Shown piece by piece: positions 1 to 12,596 of a stretch of 64,000 nt of DNA. The notes below the pieces were generated by a model. The model had not been told where the DNA came from, ran no database searches, and saw nothing but the letters and a program-made list of their open reading frames with translations. The stretch comes from Eledone cirrhosa. Its lineage: Eukaryota. Location: assembly GCA_964016885.1 (NCBI GenBank), contig OZ024743.1:104284001-104348000 (forward strand), in the 5' to 3' direction. A program made the translations under genes and the position numbers. The first letter of the stretch is position 1. Every line of letters begins with the position of its first letter.

Positions 1-1125
1 TCTTGCTAAGTACACTTCTCTCCTAGCTTCCCTCCTGGCCACTTGATAGTCTACTCTACTTCCCCCATCCCGCCATACTTTCCAAGCCTGCTTTTTGGCC
101 TTAATTGACCCCTCCACCCTACTGTTCCACCACCATGTTACTCTCCTCCTGCCTACAGGCCTGCTCCAGCCACAGACTTCGTCTGTCGCCAACAGCAGGT
201 TTGCTTTCAGAAATTCCCACTGTCCCTCTATATTGTCCGATTCTAGATGCTCTTCCTTACTGTCGAAAGCATCAAGTAATATGCTTTGAAATTTATTTCT
301 GGCTGTGGGGTCCTTTAGTTTCCATATTTTCCTCCTGAGGATAGTCCTCTTCTGCTGTCTAGTACGTCTCGTCCTGACTATGAGGTCGCTAATTATCAGT
401 CTATGTTGGGAGGTGCATTCTTCATGGGGGAGGGATTTAGTGTTTACAACAGACACTCTGTCACGTCTTCTGGTAAGGATATAATCTACCTGGCTTGTGT
501 GTTCCCCGGATCTATAGGTGATCAGGTGATTGTCACGTTTTTTGAAGTTAGTGTTACAGATAGTTAGGTTATTTGCATCACAGTATTCCAGGATTCTGGA
601 GCCTTCCTCATTTCTAGTACCAAACCCATAGCCTCCATGGATTTCGTCGTAGCCGTCACAATGTTGTCCAACGTGACCATTTAGGTCGCCTGCAATAATT
701 ATATAGTCACTGTCAGATATTTGGGAGGTAGTTAGCAACAGTGTCTCATAGAATCTGTCTTTTATAGTGAGGGGCAGTCCGGATTGGGGTGCGTACGCAG
801 ATATTACTGTCACCGTAGTTCTATTGAGGACAAGTCTTATTTTAATTATTCTGTCGTTCACTCTATTTACGTCTATTATCTTATCTGCCCACTTTTCTGC
901 TACCATGATTCCTACTCCACCCAGCCCATCGTCGTTTCCCACCCAGAAAAGCTTATAACATCGTTTTTTACCCTCAATGAATCTAGAAGACCCACCCCTC
1001 CACCTGGTCTCTTGAATACAACAAACATCGACCTCCTTACGTTCAAGCATTTCTACAACCTCGTTAGCGCGACCCTTTAGGGTGCCTACATTTATGGTAC
1101 CAACTCTGAAGTTTTGGGTTGCGTT
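1..1125 (-). mobile_element. RTE-clade LINE, degenerate 5' part (APE endonuclease), runs off the window start
   Basis: Minus strand reads FRVGTINVGTLKGRANEVVEMLERKEVDVCCIQETRWRG (APE N-terminus). Very similar to 12600-13610 in opposite orientation; contains stops and frameshifts. Confidence 0.92.
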
Positions 1126-1801
1126 TGGAGGGTGGGGGTGGTGGGGGGCGGGAGGAGATAGGGTTATGTTAGCCATCCGCGGACGAAACAAAGAGGAGTG
1201 CTCGCATTCTCGTCCACGAGGTGAATTTGACTTTAACTTTGGCATTTTCGCTCTGAGCGTCCAGATTTTTCTCTCCCTTCCACTCTCCAGGATTCCGCAG
1301 TCCGTCCGTCCATCCATCCATCCATCATATATCGAAGGCAACCGGGCAAGCGATAGTATAGGCCTCTGGCTTATGATTTGGTCCGCGTAATAATAATAAT
1401 GGTGATGCGTGGGGGTGGAGGGTGGGCTCTGGCTTATAATAATGATGGTGATGCGTGGGGGGGGCTCTGGCTTATGATTGGTCCACGTATTAAGTATGGT
1501 GGTGTGTGGGGGAGGGAGGGAGGGGTGTGGGGTAGCTAGCTGGAAGGTTATGAATGTTTAACAAGCGATTTAACAAAAAGCAAAACTGCAAGATTTGTTC
1601 TGTTCAATACGACAAAAACACCGTATTTAAACCTTATGCAAGTATGTATGTATACGTACATACATATATGTATACAGACGTACAGTAGCATGCATACCGT
1701 ATGGCATAAATTCAGGCTGTTCAGTTTGTTGACAAACGAACAAAGCGGCGTTATAATAAGCGTCCGCTAAACTGATGCGTGCATATATGTATGTGTACCT
1801 G

Positions 1802-1832
<31 letters not shown>

Positions 1833-1948
1833 GCATGCTACTGTACGTCTGTATACATATATGTATGTACGTATACATACATACTTGCATTTAAGTAAGT
1901 GCCATACTAAGAGTGAGAAATGAAATTTCGTTTTCATTTTTTTCAACT

Positions 1949-1982
<34 letters not shown>

Positions 1983-2187
1983 TCCCTATGAATTTAATAT
2001 ATACTCCCGTACGGTAGAATAACACTTTAGGCAGTATCTGGCTACGCTTTCTAGCAGCCAGCCTACTCACCGCCTGGCCACCATTCACAACCTTCTAACT
2101 TGACCACTAGCCATGTGATGATTCTTAGCCATTTTTGAATTCATTTCTGGCAGTGATCACTGTAGAAATTTTAGTCCAAACTTGAGG

Positions 2188-2275
2188 AGTCTCTTGATGA
2201 GCTTGTAGCCTCATGGATAATTCCAGGATCGGATATATCCACAAAGAACGAGTGAAACTGTCGATAGTGGAGACT
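2188..2275 (+). ncRNA. Decayed type I hammerhead ribozyme motif
   Basis: agtctc-TTGATGA-gcttgt...acgagt-GAAA-ctgtcgatag-TG-gagact. Stems I, II and a near-palindromic stem III are present. Core C3>U and a GUG triplet predict inactivity. Confidence 0.7.
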
Positions 2276-2595
2276 AGAGGAATTTTGGTAAAGTTTATAT
2301 GAATTTTTTCTTCTAACTTATATTTTAGACCTAACTCCGTTTAGTTGATTATTTGTCTAGTCAATTTCTACGGGCTAAGAGGAATGACTAGATAAATTTT
2401 ATCTGACTGTTCCTCACAGAATATAGTCTGTATCATTTGTCTATTATTTCTTCATAGTTACATTTTAAACTTATAGCCTCGTTTAAATGATTATTTATAT
2501 GGTTGATTTCTGCAGAGTAGGCAGAGCAAAGACTGTGTATATTTTATCTAATAATTCTTCAAACTTGCAATTTTATATATATATAGATATATACG

Positions 2596-2915
2596 GGTAC
2601 AAGCCGAAGCTGAAGCATATAGACAATATGCTCCCACACCCTCCCACTGCAGAGTGGTCGTGGAGGTGCCACGGCAAAAAAGCACCCAGCCCACACTGTA
2701 AAGTGGACGTGTAGGCGCCACGGAAAAAAAAAGCACCCAGCACTCACTGTAAATGAGGTTGGTGTTAGGAAGGGCATCCAGCTGTAGAAATCAAGCCACA
2801 ATCAGTTCCCATATGAGCAAGACAAGGTCAGCCGACTGGACACTGCCCACAACAGGACAACACGTCTAACCCATGCTAGCATGGAAGAACAGACGTAAAA
2901 CGATGATGATGATGA
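2596..2915 (+). mobile_element. 5'-truncated RTE 3'UTR copy with (GAT)n tail
   Basis: Matches the 3' end of the RTE at 39895-40230 (gggtacaagc..catatagacaatatg...aacccatgctagcatggaagaac..(gat)n); begins at a TA run. Confidence 0.85.
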
Positions 2916-3349
2916 TATACATGTGTATATGTGTGTGTGTGTGTATTTATCATCATCATTTAACATTAATTTTTCCATGCCATAATGGGTTAGACGAGTT
3001 ATGTTGTGAGACAGGTCAGATCAAATGACCGTGTCTTGCTCCTACAGAACTGTTTCTAGCTTTGTTTCTATGGTTGGATGCCCTTCCAAATGCCAACCAC
3101 ATTTACAGTGTGAACTGGGTGCTTTTTATCATGACACCAAAATGACCTACAGTGTAGACAGGGCACTTTGTTGTCATGTCACCAACACAACCACTCTACA
3201 GGTTGGACTGGGTGGTTTTTGTCATATCACCATTTACAGTTGCAAGCTAACACAGATACCTTCATAACCCTCTCTCAGGATGTGCCAGCTGGAAGGAGAG
3301 AGGGCTACACCAGCATTGGGATGGTACTGTCTTTATCAATATTGAAAGT

Positions 3350-3900
3350 ATAAAAGGCAACGATGCTCTGAACGACATAATGAGAAGGAGCTTAGATGCA
3401 GCTGGCTTACCATATCAACTGGGGCCAGCAGGCCTTAATCATGGAGATCGATAGCGCCCCAACAAAATTACACTGTTCACATTTGAGGGAGGTAAATTCC
3501 TCATCTGGCACATGGCATGTTGCCACGCATTTTCTGCCTTCAACCTAGTCACTTCGGCCACAAACTCCAGTACTGTGACTTGCAATGCAGAGGACAGGAA
3601 GATAAACAAATACTGGGGCTTGTTTGGCCGCTTCCCCTTTGCACTGGTTGCTGTCAAAACCTCAGGCATCCTTGGACTCTGTACAGCTGACGGACTCTGT
3701 AAAATCCGAATAACAGCAGCCTGTCTGAGGAAGGAACCCTGTGAGGTGTCGTGACTGTTGTAGCAGGCATCACTGGCCATTGTCTTCAGCAATATCTTTG
3801 CCATTTTGTCTGAAGAGCACTGCTGAAACACCGCTCTGACTTAGGTGTAGAGTCTATTACTCTCTCCTGTTCCCCCATTCTTTCGTTGCTTAATAATTCT
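3350..3900 (+). mobile_element. CRE/NeSL-like non-LTR retrotransposon C-terminal fragment (restriction-like endonuclease)
   Basis: Reads ALNDIMRRSLDAAGLPYQLGPAGLNHGDR*RP...GKFLIW...AEDRKINKY...FALVAVKTSGILG, matching the RLE pattern RPD..GK.L.WD..AE..K..KY..F.P.AVET.G. Confidence 0.72.
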
Positions 3901-4372
3901 TGCCGTTTCCCTCCTTTTCCTCTCATTTATAGTCTTTTACAATGCTACTTTCTTTTTCTTTGATTGATTTCTATTGATTTGTTTCTTCTGAATATTTCAT
4001 ATTCACTATATACACTACATAAATTGTGTTTATATGTACAAAATAGAATAAAGTTGTCTTTTATTATTGACGAAAAAAAACAAAAAAAGATTAACTGCTG
4101 GGGATAAAACTCACAATCTTGGGCCAAACAGCCTAACCACTTTGCCATGTACTTTTACACACACAACATATATACATATACAAACATATATATATATGGG
4201 ATAACAAATTATCGTTATAGGTAATCCAGTTAGAGGTTGTGAGTGCTCTGTATTGTGGATAGTTTTAATGTACGGCGTTGTTTGACTCAACAAGAGGTTT
4301 CTTTAGTTAGGTGGCGAGTTCTCGGGAATTCCTATGCAGGTTAATCTTGGAGTAATAATAGTGAAAGAGTGA

Positions 4373-4540
4373 ATTGATTAGGGTGTCTAAAGATTGCTAA
4401 CCACTTGAAGTTGTGTCACTCAATCTAAATACAATGTTTGCCTAATCAAATCATCCAATGATTTGATTAGGCAAACATTGTATTTAGGATTGAGTGACAC
4501 AACTTCAAGTGATTAGCAATCTTTAGACACCCTAATCAAT
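4373..4540. repeat. Near-perfect ~168-bp palindrome
   Basis: Arms of ~82 bp (attgattagggtgtc...aaatcat / atgattt...gacaccctaatcaat) around a 3-nt loop CCA at 4455-4457. Confidence 0.95.
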
Positions 4541-4606
4541 GAAACAATCGTTAATACTGTAAATAAAACCCTTGTTGTAATGTTGACCATGTTATTCTTC
4601 ACTCTT

Positions 4607-4649
<43 letters not shown>

Positions 4650-5417
4650 GCATACATATACACATACATATACGCACACAAACATATACACACATACACT
4701 TACATATATACACACATACATATATACGCATACACATACATACATATATACACACACAAACATATACACACATACACTTACATATATACACACATACATA
4801 TATACGCATACACATACATATATACACACATACATAAACATACATGCAGTGGTAGGGTCTCTGGGTCATGAAGCCCCAGCCAGCTAGCACAATAAACTAC
4901 AGTAAACAACACATTGAAAAGCAGTCTGTCTCTTACTGTCTGCATTGTACTCTCCCCCTTCCTTCTCCTCCTTCCACAGTTCACAGCCTCTCACCTTCTC
5001 TGCTTCTCCCTCTTCTATCACTATCATAACTCCCACCCTTCCTCCTCCTCTCACTGCTTCAAGCTTCCCCTCACCCCTCCTCTGTAATATACTTAGTCAC
5101 TATCACAATCTCACCACTACCTTCCCAACTACTCACACCTAGCATACACACAGACACATACATGCATACACAAATACACATACGCGCACACACATACACA
5201 AGCACACATACACAGACAAGCACACACATTACATGCAAGCACACAAACACACACACACACAGTGACAAACAGACACGCACATTGAGACACACATACATGC
5301 ATGCACACACAATCTCACACTGTGTTTGCATAACTGCAACAGTTGGTTGCTCTCTATTGATTCTACAATAATGGCAACAACCCCACCACAACCAAACCAC
5401 TACTTCCACTGCCACCA

Positions 5418-5478
<61 letters not shown>

Positions 5479-5545
5479 CACTATCATTATTATCAGAGTT
5501 ATTCACCACCACTTTTGTGTCTGTGTGTATATATATATACATATA

Positions 5546-6909
5546 CAGGGTGGGGCATAAAGATCTTCCACATTTGGAACTGGCACTGTGCAGGCTATAG
5601 TGGCAGTAGAGGGGTAGAGCAGGTCTCATTCAGTAGGCTAGGCTCTATCGTTTTCATTTTCTCCATCAATAATCATAATTATTTCTCTATCATATTCATT
5701 TTCTCTATCAATGACCATAACAATTTCTCTATTATTTTCAGTACCCATCATGTGTTAGACCGGCGAACATCGTGGCTTTGTTGTTCAAGTGTATTATGAA
5801 GACAACCATTCTGTGACGCAGTGAGCATTCTGTATTTGCTTCGTGTTCGGTCCAAATGCATCTGTACCAACCCAGAAAACGATCTTGCTTTCAATTTCTA
5901 ATCTTTAGGCAACTGGATCCACACTGAAAAGAAAATCACCAGGCAGACCTAGGACCGTTAGAACTCCAGAAAATGTAGCAACAGTAAAAGCACCCATTCA
6001 GCAATTGCCAAAGCATTCTGCTCGTAGGCATAGCATAGCACTAGGGATATCAAGTTGGAGTTTGAAGAGGATTCTGCATATTGATTTAAAAAATGCATCC
6101 TTATAAAATGATGTTGGTTCACAGATCATGCCAACCACAGAGGCATAAGTGGGAAAATTCTTGAACAAGTTCCTGCTACAGCTGTTCTTCTGTGTACCAA
6201 TGAGGCCCACTTCCATATCAATGGAGCTGTAAACAGTCAGATGTTTTTCTACGGGGCTGAACATAATTCTCATGAACTTTATGAATGACTGCTTCACTCT
6301 CCTTGCGTAACTGTTTAGTGTGCAGTTGCCAACATTGGTGTGATTGTTCTGTACTTTTTTGAAGAAGGTGGTGCGACAGTAACTATAACTGCTGACTAGT
6401 TCATTGAAAGGTTAGAGACCTTTCTGCGCCCCAAACTGGATGATTTGGATATAGAACATATGTGGTTTCAACAGGACGGGGCCACAGCTCACACAGCACA
6501 ACATCCGCTTGGAGTGTTGAGGGAAATGTTTCCAAGGCATTTGATCTCTTTAAGGAGAGATGTGGGGAGCCCAGCAAGGTCACAAGATTTAAGCCCTTGT
6601 GACTTTTCCTTTGAGGATACCTAAAGGAAAAGGTTTTCCAACATCGTCCTCGAACTCTTGATAATCTGAAGGAAAGAATCAATGTAATTCCACGTGAGAT
6701 GACCCAGAGTGTCATGGAAAACGTCCGGAAATGATAACATCAATGTATTGCCAACGATGGCTGCCTTTTGTCTCATATAATTTTTGAAAAACATTAACAC
6801 AAAACCAGTTTTGCTGTACTTTTTAGAAATTTAATCAGTTTTTTCTAGATAGTTGTGTTCTTTTTTTTATATCCCTTCAAAATGTGGGGGATCTTTATGC
6901 CCTACCCTA
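5546..6909 (+). mobile_element. Tc1/mariner-superfamily DNA transposon, full length but decayed
   Basis: TIRs cagggtggggcataaagatc..cacatttg / caaaatgtgggggatctttatgccctaccct, preceded by TA. Transposase relics NEAHFHINGAVN, WFQQDGATAHT, PARSQDLSPCDF. Confidence 0.92.
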
Positions 6910-7066
6910 TGTGTGTGTGTGTATGTTGATCCATCTCAACATAATCCTCAAGATTTTGAGACTAGAAATAGTCAAAACATCACTTTAATCCTCTGAAACG
7001 ATTGTAAAACAATGAACTAATTAAGAACATATCTTTTGTTTTATTTTCCTTGTTCATTACACACAT

Positions 7067-7146
<80 letters not shown>

Positions 7147-7291
7147 GTCACTCATGTAGAATCTTCAAGGGAACTATATGCAATGAGAGGCTTCTACAAA
7201 AACTATAGCTCTCACCACCTAGTCTCTTCAAAGCTGCATTCAGTTCTAACAATGTTATGGAAGCAGGGGCATCATAAACAAGTGGATACTA

Positions 7292-7346
<55 letters not shown>

Positions 7347-7904
7347 TGCATACCATCACCCCTGTGCAATTGACCACACCATCCATACACCCCACCACAA
7401 TCTCCATTTTAGTATTCTCACCTCCACTATATTCTCTAACCCTCTATACTATCAGTCACCTCTTTCTCTTCACATCACTGTTAAATCACACTACACTTGC
7501 CATACACCCATAACTTCATACATATCTCACTTCTCTTTTCCCAACCCCTACAGAGTGAAGAGGGCTCTTTATTTGGGACATTGACCAACAATCTCTCCAT
7601 GAAGATGCATCTGGTACAGCCTGTAATATGGTTGGCTATGGGGAGGGTATCCCACGATAGAAACTGTGCCTAAAAGGGTTGAGAAGACCCTCTCAGTTGT
7701 GTCAATGGCATGACTATCTCTCAACTGGTTGGTGACATGAAGCATCAAGCTGTAGAAAGCTTGCCAAACACGGGTGGGCAGACCTTTCAATAGTGTCAAA
7801 GACATGACAACCAGCCTAGTACTGCTGTGACTAAAAATGCACTCGATAGAGTATAGGAAACATATGGAAGTAAGATGCAGACATAATGCTACATCAATCA
7901 TCAT

Positions 7905-8264
7905 TATCATCATCATCATTTTACGTCCGCTTTTTCCCTGCTTGAGAGGGTGGGACGGGAACTGATTCTGGCTTGATTTCTACAGCTGGATGCCCTTCCT
8001 AACACCAACCTCATTTACAGTGAGTGCTGGGTGCTTTTTTCCGTGGCGCCTACACGTCCACTTTACAGTGTGGGCTGGGTGCTTTTTTGCAGTGGAATGA
8101 TAGGGACCCCAGTCCTATCATCTCATTTCTACTGCTGAGTAAACTGGAGCAATGTGAAATAAAGTGTCTTGCTCAAGGAAACAACACATCACCCGGTCTG
8201 AGAATTGAACTCACAACCTATTGATTGCAAGGCCAATGCTCTAACCACTAAGCCATGTGCCTCC
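7905..8264 (-). mobile_element. tRNA-derived SINE family A (RTE-type tail)
   Basis: Head ggaggcacatggcttagtggttagagc...gagttcaattc (A/B-box-like), central tccttgagcaagacacttt, RTE-like 3' end plus (GAT)n. Copies at 28582, 44220, 54575. Confidence 0.88.
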
Positions 8265-8277
8265 AATATATATATAT

Positions 8278-8458
8278 AACGAAGGAAATGTGGTAAGGAA
8301 CCAGGTGGTGTCAGTATGTATGTGTGTGTCCAGGGTAGTAGAGTGGGTAATAGGAACGAGTAGGACCCCGACGACTGAACTCAAGCCGTTTCGACGGCTA
8401 ATTCTGAACGCCGTCGAAACGGCTTGAGCTCAGCCGTCGGGGTCCTACTCGTTCCTAT
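8278..8458. mobile_element. Palindromic short element (half-hammerhead family), copy 1
   Basis: Inverted arms at 8350-8458 carry GAAAC-ggcttgagctcagcc-GTC; flanked by (TA)n; centre partly deleted. Confidence 0.85.
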
Positions 8459-8468
8459 ATATATAATA

Positions 8469-8612
<144 letters not shown>

Positions 8613-9254
8613 TGTAAAATCCCAACCGCTCCGTCAAGTGGTTTTGAAAACACATGGCGCCACGGTTGGGATTTTATAAACCTTTATACCCATTCTACAT
8701 CACCCCATGTATCAAGTACTCACATGATTTGTGGTCTCCTTGGTCTCAGCACTGTAGACCCTATTTATATATTATATAAATATATTTTTTCAAAAGTCTG
8801 TTGATCCCACCCTTTCTCTTTCCCTTCAAATTTGCTAATCCTGAAAAAAGACTTATATCTGATACTTCCGAACTCATTAACCTCTTCCCAAGTGTGAAAC
8901 GAAGGAGACTTTGTGATATGACATTCCTGTGTTGGTCTCGTGCGCGCACCGACTCACACATACATATATATATATCACCACACACAACTACAAACAAAAT
9001 ATTTCTCAACACATAGATATATATATACACGGACTTGTAGGAACTAGTAGAAAGGATAAGGTGTCAGTATGTATGTGTGTGTCTGTGAGTTCAACAGTTT
9101 GACACCTTTCTCTAGTTTTGTTTGTGTCAATACCTTGAACATTATTTAACTTTGCCTTTCATCCTTACGGGGTCGATAAAATAAAGTACCAGTAATGCAC
9201 TGGATAATTGCTGGCCTTGTGCCAAAAGTAGAAACAATTATTTTATTATTATTG

Positions 9255-9323
<69 letters not shown>

Positions 9324-9528
9324 CATACATACATATCGAACTTCCCTAAATTGTTTGCAGTGATTCATTTCTCAGTAATGTTATTTATGTCAGGTTAAGG
9401 TTGTTGTGGGTCAAAGACCAATCCCATTCTAACAATCGCTTAAATAAAATGCATTTCAATGGTAAACAAAAAACCAAACAAAACAAGTTTTTAATACCTT
9501 TAACTATATGTCAATGTGTATGTGCACA

Positions 9529-9566
<38 letters not shown>

Positions 9567-9573
9567 CATATAT

Positions 9574-9760
9574 AACGAAGGAAATGTGGTAAGGAACCAG
9601 GTGGACCAAAGTACTCAATACTTAGGGTAGTAGAGTGGGTAATAGGAACAAGTAGGACCCCGACGGCTGAGCTCAAGCCGTTTCGACGGCTAATTCTGGA
9701 CTCCAGAATTAGACGTCGAAACGGCTTGAGCTCAGCCGTCGGGGTCCTACTCGTTCCTAT
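9574..9760. mobile_element. Palindromic short element (half-hammerhead family), copy 2
   Basis: ~59-bp arms around a single C at 9701; same flank (agggtagtagagtgggta) as copy 1; lies between (TA)n runs. Confidence 0.88.
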
Positions 9761-9779
9761 ATATATATATATATAATAT

Positions 9780-10174
9780 ATGATCAAAAGATGGTTAAAA
9801 GAGTTCCAAGTATTTTATTATGCGCATTTCAAAAACAAATATCATGGGATGATATCTGCGTTCTCATCAGATAAAATAGGGATACATGATATGAAGCTTA
9901 AAAAACACTTGTGAATAGTGAAGTTTTAAATCAACATATGAAAAATAATTTAAGATTGATGTATGAGATTGGGAAAAAGTGAGCGGGGGGGGGGGAGTGG
10001 AGGTAAGGAAGAGGAGAAGATGAGAGTAAAGAATGGTGGGGGAGGAGTATAAGAAGGAAGAATGAGAGAGGAGGAGAGATTGGTGATAGAGAGAGAGAGT
10101 TAGCCTTTACAACTGAGAAAAAAAAACTATTATTTCACAGAGAGAAGTTAAAAAGCCGTTGGAAGATAATAGAT

Positions 10175-10209
<35 letters not shown>

Positions 10210-11310
10210 TTTACGTCCGCTTTTCCCTGCTTGCAAGGGTGGGACAGGAACTGATTGTGGCTTATTTAAAAGAATTTGAAATTAAAAGTTAATGAGGTTT
10301 ATGCATGAAGAGAAAAAGGAATTAAGAATAATATTAAATTAAGGTTTGTATATTGAAGGGGAAAAGAAATTATTAATATGTATTATGTGAAAAGAAGGAG
10401 AATGGATGAGTTATGAATTTAGAGGAATTAGTTAGGGTTTAAATTTGTTTTTTATGTAATGTAATATGTCTGCGTAATATGTGTACGTAAATAGTTTGTT
10501 TAAAAAGCGTAGAAGGCAAAGAAGAAAAGAATGTTTAAGGAAGAAAATATCTAACATAAAAAAATATATATGTTTACGAAATATTTTCTAATGGTAATAA
10601 TATAATATATTAAAAGAAATTAGTTAGGGTTTAAGTTTGTTTTTATGTATTGTAATATGTAAAAGTCAAACGAGCATGAAAGGATGAGATAAGAGAAATT
10701 TAAGGAAGAAAAATCTAATGTAAAAAAAAATGTTTATGTTTACGAAGGACTACTATAATGTATACTATAAGGTAATACTATAATGTATTTTTTAAAAAAA
10801 ATTTTTTATGGCCAATGATATGAGGGAAGATGGAAAAATGGATAATGTTGTGGTGAGTAATAATAAGAATTGAGAAGTAGTTAGGAAGAAAAAGTACAGA
10901 TTAGGGGTTAGAAATTTAAAAAAAAAGAGGAAGAAAGGAAAGTGATAAAGAGAAATGATATAGAATGAGTAACTTGTATTATATAATATATAATAAATAA
11001 TATTGAAATAAGGTAGAAAGATGGGTATATTTTTAAAAGATATATAAGTCTTTGAGAAAAAGGATTTTAAACTAGTAAGGTATTAGATATTAGCTGTATA
11101 CTTTATGGAATGTTCTGTGGAATTTATGCAAGCAGAGAGAAAATAAATCCGTGCGTCTATTTATTATAGAATTGAAATGAGGTATAATGGTAAATTTCTC
11201 AGCTAGGCAAAGACTACATGTTCTGGATAGGGAGGCATTCAAGTAGGGAGGGGCAGAACAAACTTTTCTCCAAGAGATGTTATAGTTAATATTTTTGTCT
11301 TTCAAGCCCA
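9780..11310 (-). mobile_element. Penelope-like element 3' end: ORF C-terminus, long AT-rich 3'UTR, hammerhead
   Basis: 11090-11310 encodes LKDKNINYNISW...PY...CSLCLAEKFTI...IINRRTDLFSLCLH, the Cys-rich tail that follows the GIY-YIG endonuclease in PLEs. The same-strand HHR is at 9811-9878. Continuity across 9960-11090 is inferred. Confidence 0.72.
9811..9878 (-). ncRNA. Type I hammerhead ribozyme (Penelope-type, palindromic stem III)
   Basis: tattttat-CTGATGA-gaacgcagatatcat ccc atgatatttgttttt-GAAA-tgcgca-TA-ataaaata: 8-bp stem I, long stem II, AUGCGCAU stem III, AUA triplet. Confidence 0.88.
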
Positions 11311-11319
11311 CACGAAACA

Positions 11320-11735
11320 AAGTATCATGAAAGTTGAAGCACCCCAAAGGTCAATTACAAAAAAGATAGTTGGCATGACAGGCCTTAACTATTGGGGTCG
11401 TTTAGAAAAGCTCAAACTTTATTCTCTTCAACGTCGCCGTGAGCGCTACATTATCTGTATGATGTGGAAAATATTCCATCAGCTTAGCCCAAATGATGTT
11501 GGCATCACCTTTAGTGTACACCCAAGGCTTAGGCCCCGTGCTATCCGCCCACAACAAAAATCACACTCGCATCACATAACAACAATACGGCACAATTATT
11601 TCACCTCAATTGGCCCTGCACTCTTTAACATTACACCAAAACACATCAAAGCAGAGACAGACCCCACCAAGTTCAAGAAGTCATTGGATAAATTCCTTCA
11701 AGAAATCCCGGATAAGCCTCCTACACCCGGATACA
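11320..11735 (+). mobile_element. CR1/L2-group LINE ORF2 C-terminal fragment
   Basis: QRSITKKIVGMTGLNYWGRLEKLKLYSLQRRRERY...GPALFN..P...FKKSLDKFL, typical post-RT tail. Confidence 0.85.
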
Positions 11736-11775
11736 CTGTACTAGTTTCAAGCTTATTAGCTATCGTCAGCAACGT
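11733..11775 (-). ncRNA. Minimal hammerhead ribozyme (inverted copy)
   Basis: acgttg-CTGACGA-tagct aata agctt-GAAA-ctag-TA-cagtgt. Confidence 0.8.
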
Positions 11776-11842
11776 TAATATGCATAAGGAAAGTATATAC
11801 TTTCAGACGTTCAACCATCTGGCAGGAAGGTATACGTTGCTG

Positions 11843-11885
11843 ACGTTGCTGACGATAGCTAATAAGCTTGAAACTAGTACAGCGT
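11843..11885 (+). ncRNA. Minimal hammerhead ribozyme
   Basis: acgttg-CTGACGA-tagct aata agctt-GAAA-ctag-TA-cagcgt: 6-bp stem I (one G-U), palindromic ACUAGU stem III, GUA triplet. Confidence 0.86.
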
Positions 11886-12139
11886 TCCTTTGTCAGTGTT
11901 GAACAAATGAGCAACGATGGTTGCTAGACACTGTACGGATCTATCCGGGATTACAAACACACCGAGCATTATAATAGGTGTTCGGTGAATCCATGCATAC
12001 ATATATATGTGTGCATGTATGTATATATATATACATACTACTGTACGTCTGTATACATATATGTATGTACGTATACATACTTATATTTAAATAACAGCTG
12101 TACTGGGAGTGAGAAATGAAATTTCGTTTCATTTTTTCC

Positions 12140-12192
<53 letters not shown>

Positions 12193-12285
12193 TTTGTGTA
12201 TGTGTTTATGTATTTTGTATATGTGTATATATGTGTATTTCTGTAGATGTGTTTGTATATGTTTATATATGCGTATATTTATGTG

Positions 12286-12316
<31 letters not shown>

Positions 12317-12596
12317 ATATGTATGTGTATATATATATATATATATATATACAAGTTAATATAAATTAATATATGATAAACACCTAAGTGTTTGTATTGT
12401 AAAGGACGAAGTTAGCTAGAATGAAATAAACTAATTCAAATAAATATAGCTTGCCTGTATCGATTTAAAATAATAAATCAATACACACAAACTCATATTG
12501 GCAAATAGCCATGGTACCTGGACAAATTTAAATTTCAAAATTCAAACCTTTTCCGCAGATCTATCTGAACTTCAAAATCCAAACAAGTTTTGCAAA

